From Trueperaceae bacterium (GTDB taxonomy: Bacteria; Deinococcota; Deinococci; Deinococcales; Trueperaceae): a stretch of 19,556 nt of DNA. The stretch is taken from assembly GCA_040905465.1 (NCBI GenBank), contig JBBDRK010000047.1, positions 1 through 19,556 of the forward strand, given 5' to 3'. This document shows, in pieces, positions 15,716 through 19,556 of this stretch. The number at the start of each line of letters is the position of its first letter. Within the stretch, counting starts at the first letter, position 1. The position numbers were made by a program, and so were the translations under genes. The notes under the pieces were generated by a model, which was not told the DNA's origin, searched no databases, and worked only from the letters and a program-made list of their open reading frames with translations.

Positions 15716-16857
15716 CGCGACTCCGCCAACGCCCGATCGAGGTCGGCAATCAGATCGTCAGGGTGTTCGAGCCCCACCGAGAGGCGCAGCAGATCTCGGG
15801 GTGTGGCGCTGTCGGGTCCCTCTACCGATGCGCGGTGCTCGATCAGACTCTCTACTCCGCCGAGCGACGTCGCCCGGGTGATGAGTCGTACGCCCGCAGC
15901 CACCCCGGCCGCACCGGCCTCGCCGCCTTGCGGACGAAACGACAGCATGCCGCCGAAGCCTCTCATCTGGCGTCTTGCGACATCGAATCCCGGATGCGTG
16001 GGCAGCCCCGGGAAGTACACCTGCGCCACCCGCCGGTCGGCCTCGAGGAAGGACGCCACCGCGGCGGCGTTTTCGAGATGACCGCGCAGGCGGTAAGGCA
16101 GTGTTTTGATTCCGCGCAGAGTCAGCCAGCAGTCGAAGGGCGACGGCACGGCGCCTTCGCAGCGCTGCAGGAACCGGATTCGCTCGAACGCCTCGCCCGC
16201 GGTTCGGGCGATCACGGCGCCGCCCAGGACGTCGGAATGGCCGGAGAGGTACTTGGTGGTTGCGTGTAATACCAGATCGGCCCCCAGTTCGAAGGCGGGC
16301 AGCATCCGGCCGGGTGTCCAGGTAGCGTCGCACAACACTCGTGCGCCTGCGGCTCGAGCCAGGCGAACCACCGCGGCCAGATCCGTGACCTTGAGCAGAG
16401 GGTTCGACGGCGTCTCGACCCACACCAGCCGCGTATCGCCGGTCAGCGACCGCTCGACCGCCGCCAGGTCGCTCATGTCGACCCGGCTGACCGAAACGCC
16501 CCACGGTACGAGCGCCTCGACCAGTAGCCGGCGGATGCCGTGGTACATGTCGTCGGGCACCAGTACCCGCTCGCCGGGTCGCAGTAATGACCGCAACGCG
16601 ACCGAAGCGGCCGCCGATCCGGAAGAGAAGGCGGCTGCCTCGGCACCGCCTTCGAGCGCGGCCAGCGTACGCTCCAGCGCGTCCCGGTTGGGATTGCCCT
16701 GGCGGGTGTAGACAAAGCCGCCCGGATAGTCGCCGGCGGCCGATCGTTCGAACGTGGTCGACAGGTGTATTGGGGCGGTGACCGCACCGGTAGCCGGGTC
16801 GGGTCCGCCCGCGGCGTGGATGGCCAACGTCTCCAGCTTCTGACTCGCGAAGTTCAT
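15712..16857 (-). CDS. Cystathionine gamma-synthase/gamma-lyase family PLP enzyme (Cys/Met metabolism)
   Basis: Contains [25 protein letters not shown] (PLP Lys), [11 protein letters not shown] and LRLSVGLE motifs. The real start is ATG 16857 ([12 protein letters not shown]), which overlaps the hisF stop. Confidence 0.93.
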   Translation of the reverse strand: MNFASQKLETLAIHAAGGPDPATGAVTAPIHLSTTFERSAAGDYPGGFVYTRQGNPNRDALERTLAALEGGAEAAAFSSGSAAASVALRSLLRPGERVLVPDDMYHGIRRLLVEALVPWGVSVSRVDMSDLAAVERSLTGDTRLVWVETPSNPLLKVTDLAAVVRLARAAGARVLCDATWTPGRMLPAFELGADLVLHATTKYLSGHSDVLGGAVIARTAGEAFERIRFLQRCEGAVPSPFDCWLTLRGIKTLPYRLRGHLENAAAVASFLEADRRVAQVYFPGLPTHPGFDVARRQMRGFGGMLSFRPQGGEAGAAGVAAGVRLITRATSLGGVESLIEHRASVEGPDSATPRDLLRLSVGLEHPDDLIADLDRALAESR

Positions 16858-17633
16858 ACGATGCGCACCTCGAGACCTCTTTGCGCCAGCAATCTCTTCA
16901 CCTCTCCTACGGTAGTCTCTCCGCGATGGAAGATGCCTGCCGCCAAGGCGGCGTCCGCCTGGCCGCCGGTCAGGACTTCCAGCATGTGCTCCGCCTTGCC
17001 GGCGCCGCCTGAAGCGACCACAGGTACATCGACGGCGCGCGAGACGCTCCGCATGATTTCGAGATCGTAACCGCTCTTCATGCCATCGGCGTCGATGCTG
17101 TTGACGACTATTTCGCCGGCTCCCAGCTCTTGTCCTCGCACCGCCCAGGCAACCGGCTCCAGGCCGGTCGTCCGCCTTCCGCCCGCGCTCATGACCTCCC
17201 AACCCGGGACTTCGGCGCGCCGCCTGGCGTCGATCGACAACACAACCGCCTGCGAGCCGTAATGATCGGCCGCCTGCCGGATCAGATCCGGTTCGGCCAG
17301 CGCCCCGGAGTTGAGCGACACCTTGTCCGCTCCGGCCAGGAACAGGGCACGGAAATCGTCGAGGGTCCGTACTCCGCCGCCGACGGTTAGAGGCATGAAA
17401 CATTGCTCGGCTACCCGGGTAGCCACCTCGAGCATCGCCTGGCGCCCCTCGGAACTGGCGGTGATGTCGTAGAGCACCAGTTCATCCGCTCCCTGAGCGT
17501 CGTAGCGCAACGCCAGCTCGACCGGGTCGCCGACGTCTTCGAGCTCACCGAGCTCGGCACGTCCGAACTGCTGACCGCGGGTCGTGCGGCCGTCATGCAC
17601 GTCGAGACAGGGAATAATTCGCTTGGCCAACAC
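16854..17633 (-). CDS. hisF: Imidazole glycerol phosphate synthase cyclase subunit
   Basis: Contains [46 protein letters not shown]...GYD and ASGGAG motifs. Confidence 0.97.
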   Translation of the reverse strand: MLAKRIIPCLDVHDGRTTRGQQFGRAELGELEDVGDPVELALRYDAQGADELVLYDITASSEGRQAMLEVATRVAEQCFMPLTVGGGVRTLDDFRALFLAGADKVSLNSGALAEPDLIRQAADHYGSQAVVLSIDARRRAEVPGWEVMSAGGRRTTGLEPVAWAVRGQELGAGEIVVNSIDADGMKSGYDLEIMRSVSRAVDVPVVASGGAGKAEHMLEVLTGGQADAALAAGIFHRGETTVGEVKRLLAQRGLEVRIV

Positions 17634-17639
17634 CAGGCG

Positions 17640-17645
17640 AGCATA
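17640..17645 (-). promoter_or_regulatory. -10 box for leaderless hisF transcript
   Basis: TATGCT on the minus strand lies 6 nt before GTG 17633, and there is no SD. Confidence 0.6.
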
Positions 17646-17729
17646 CCGTGCCGAGATAGCAAGGCCCAGAGAGGCCCGTCGAAGATCGGGGTCGCGGGAC
17701 CCGGTCGACTACCGGGTCGAGGAGTCCCC

Positions 17730-18968
17730 TCAGCGAGCCAGCAACGACATAATCTCCACATGGTGGGTGTGGGGATAGAAGTCGTAGGGACGAGCCAACC
17801 GCAAGTGCCAGCCGGTGCCGAGGAAATAGGCGGTGTCGCGGGACCAGGTGGCCGCGTCGCAGGAAACGTAGAGCAGCCGATCGGCGCTGGACGAGTCGAT
17901 GAGCTCGCGGGTCTCGCGGCCCAGGCCGGAACGTGGCGGATCGACCGCGATCAGCTCGGCGCCGGCAGGAATCGGAGACTTTAGCGCGTCTCCGGCATGA
18001 AAAGCTATGTTCTGTATCCCCAACCGCCGGGCGTCGGCGCTACCGCGGCTGACACTGCCCCGGTCTATCTCTACCGCTTCGACGCGCCCGAACGAGGGGG
18101 CGAGGTGCATGGCGATCAACCCCGAGCCGGCGAAGAGCTCGAACGCGAACTTCCCGGCGCCGGCCGCTACGGCGGCATCCCGGTAGAGCGCCGCGGCGGC
18201 ATCCGGATTGGGCTGCGCGAAGGAGGTAACGCTGACCGACACGTCCAAGTCTCCGTACACCTGGCGTATGCGCTTGCCACCGGCCAAGCGCTCGCTGCCA
18301 CCACGGAACCGGCCGCGAGCGTCGTAGCGAGCATAGGCCACTCCTATCACGCCGGCCTCCACCAGCTCGTGCGCGTAGGGCAACAGCGTTCGCTGCGGAG
18401 ATGTGGCGATCAACGCCAGAAGGGCCTCGCCGCGGTCGTTTCCCCGGATCGCGATCTCGCGCACACCTTTCGGAGGAGGCCGCCGGAGCAACTCCCGCCA
18501 TACCTCGGCCACCGACCGGTTGGCCACTGGGTCGTCGTCCAGCACCACCGCAGCGTTGCTGCCCGGTTGCCTATAGCCCAGGCCCTCGTCGGTCACTACC
18601 GGCTGCACCGCGCTCCGGTAGCGCCACAGCGAGGGCGACGGGCACACTTCCGAAATCGCCACCGGCTGGCTTCCGCTCGGCAACGCCCGGTTCAGCGCGT
18701 CGACTATCACTTCCCGCTTGAGCTCGAGCTGACGAGAATAGCGGATATGGCCGTAGTCGAGTCCCGGATGTCGCAGCACCGGCAACCGGTCGGGGCTCGG
18801 CTCGATGATCTCCTCTGCCTCGGCACGCAGTACCCCGGAACGCTCCTCTGGCCGGCCGCGTACCAGCTCGCCCGGAATGCCTCCGCGAACCAGAACCAAC
18901 CGGCCCTCGGGCAGTCGAGCCAGGCTCAGGCCACCGTGGACGATTCGCTCGAGCCTGAGTTCGATCAC
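17730..18968 (-). CDS. RlmD/TrmA-family RNA m5U methyltransferase with N-terminal TRAM domain
   Basis: TRAM-like N-terminus, then SFAQPN, ELFAGSG, DPPRSGL, YVSC (catalytic Cys) and PYDFYPHTHHVE motifs. Confidence 0.92.
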   Translation of the reverse strand: MIELRLERIVHGGLSLARLPEGRLVLVRGGIPGELVRGRPEERSGVLRAEAEEIIEPSPDRLPVLRHPGLDYGHIRYSRQLELKREVIVDALNRALPSGSQPVAISEVCPSPSLWRYRSAVQPVVTDEGLGYRQPGSNAAVVLDDDPVANRSVAEVWRELLRRPPPKGVREIAIRGNDRGEALLALIATSPQRTLLPYAHELVEAGVIGVAYARYDARGRFRGGSERLAGGKRIRQVYGDLDVSVSVTSFAQPNPDAAAALYRDAAVAAGAGKFAFELFAGSGLIAMHLAPSFGRVEAVEIDRGSVSRGSADARRLGIQNIAFHAGDALKSPIPAGAELIAVDPPRSGLGRETRELIDSSSADRLLYVSCDAATWSRDTAYFLGTGWHLRLARPYDFYPHTHHVEIMSLLAR

Positions 18969-18974
18969 CGGTGC

Positions 18975-18980
18975 AGTGTA
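18975..18980 (-). promoter_or_regulatory. -10 box for leaderless methyltransferase transcript
   Basis: TACACT on the minus strand lies 6 nt before GTG 18968. Confidence 0.6.
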
Positions 18981-19065
18981 GCCGAGACGTGGGCGGCTGC
19001 GCGATCCGCTCGCGGCGATCGGCCGCTCTCACGCCGGCCGCCGAAAGCCGTTGGTCGGCCCCTGT

Positions 19066-19071
19066 TATACT
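19066..19071 (+). promoter_or_regulatory. -10 box for leaderless membrane-protein transcript
   Basis: TG-T-TATACT lies 6 nt before ATG 19078. Confidence 0.6.
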
Positions 19072-19077
19072 CGCTCC

Positions 19078-19556
19078 ATGAAGCGCTCCGTCCAGGAAAT
19101 CGTCGAGCTGTTGGTGTTCGGCCTGATCGCGTTGCTGATCGGAACCGCACTGCTGTGGCTGGTCGGCTGGGTATTCGATCTGGTGGGCGTGCTGTTCAAG
19201 TTCTTCGCCGGACTCATCTGGAGCTTGCTGCGGTTCATCGTGCCCGTAGCGATCGTGGCCGCCATCGTGTATGCGTTGGTCCGCCTGTTCCAGCAGCAGC
19301 GGGAGCGGAGTACCGAGCAGCGCCAGGACGCCGCTGCGACTGCAGCGGCGACGGCGACGACACCTCCGGACGAAACAACCGACCGATCACCGGCAGAGGC
19401 GGACGAGAGTGGCAAGGCTCATGTCAGCGAGGTCTGGGTCCCTCCGCAGCCATCTCCACCGGCAGGGCCGCCACCCGCCGAGCAACCGTCTGCCGCGGAA
19501 TCACCCGACGAGATATCGCCCGCCGGGCATCGTTCTACCGAGACGACGTATGCCGA
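19078..19556 (+). CDS. Hypothetical membrane protein, truncated by window end (not in ORF track)
   Basis: Open frame MKRSVQEIVELLVFGLIALLIGTALLWLVGWVFDLVGVLFKFFAGLIWSLLRFIVPVAIVAAIVYALVRLF followed by an Ala/Pro/Thr-rich tail. No stop occurs before the window end. Confidence 0.8.
   Translation, partial: MKRSVQEIVELLVFGLIALLIGTALLWLVGWVFDLVGVLFKFFAGLIWSLLRFIVPVAIVAAIVYALVRLFQQQRERSTEQRQDAAATAAATATTPPDETTDRSPAEADESGKAHVSEVWVPPQPSPPAGPPPAEQPSAAESPDEISPAGHRSTETTYA

Noticed and set aside
16858-17403. N-terminal ~180 aa of the 563-aa ORF, suggesting a fusion protein
   Set aside because: It is an alternate-frame read-through of hisF. Family similarity starts at Met 16857.
17698-17718. Hairpin GACCCGGT-CGACT-ACCGGGTC after the methyltransferase gene
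   Set aside because: It is only 8 bp with no U-tract, too weak to call as a terminator.

Overview
GC-rich bacterial window, probably Deinococcota (Trueperaceae-like). This is inferred from the glpX/rlmD-type proteins and from repeated TANNNT boxes 6 nt before start codons. The window opens with the 3' half of a tRNA-Ser. An ~8 kb accessory block follows: a small DUF7662-like gene and a complete lasso-peptide-type RiPP cluster. The minus-strand operon runs B2 peptidase, PqqD/RRE, asparagine-synthetase-like cyclase, 49-aa precursor and HPr-kinase-like kinase. A divergent ABC exporter and a nucleotidyltransferase complete it. The cluster is non-canonical in three ways. The precursor lacks the Thr(-2) and has no Asp/Glu at core positions 7-9 in the expected register. 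It lacks the C-terminal Ser that known lasso kinases modify. The nucleotidyltransferase carries a C-terminal, apparently catalytically dead copy of the B2 peptidase fold. The rest is mostly housekeeping: ccdA, murI-rph-rdgB, a TPR protein, an acidic lipoprotein, glpX, hisF-metB-like-hisIE, an RlmD/TrmA-family methyltransferase and a truncated membrane protein.
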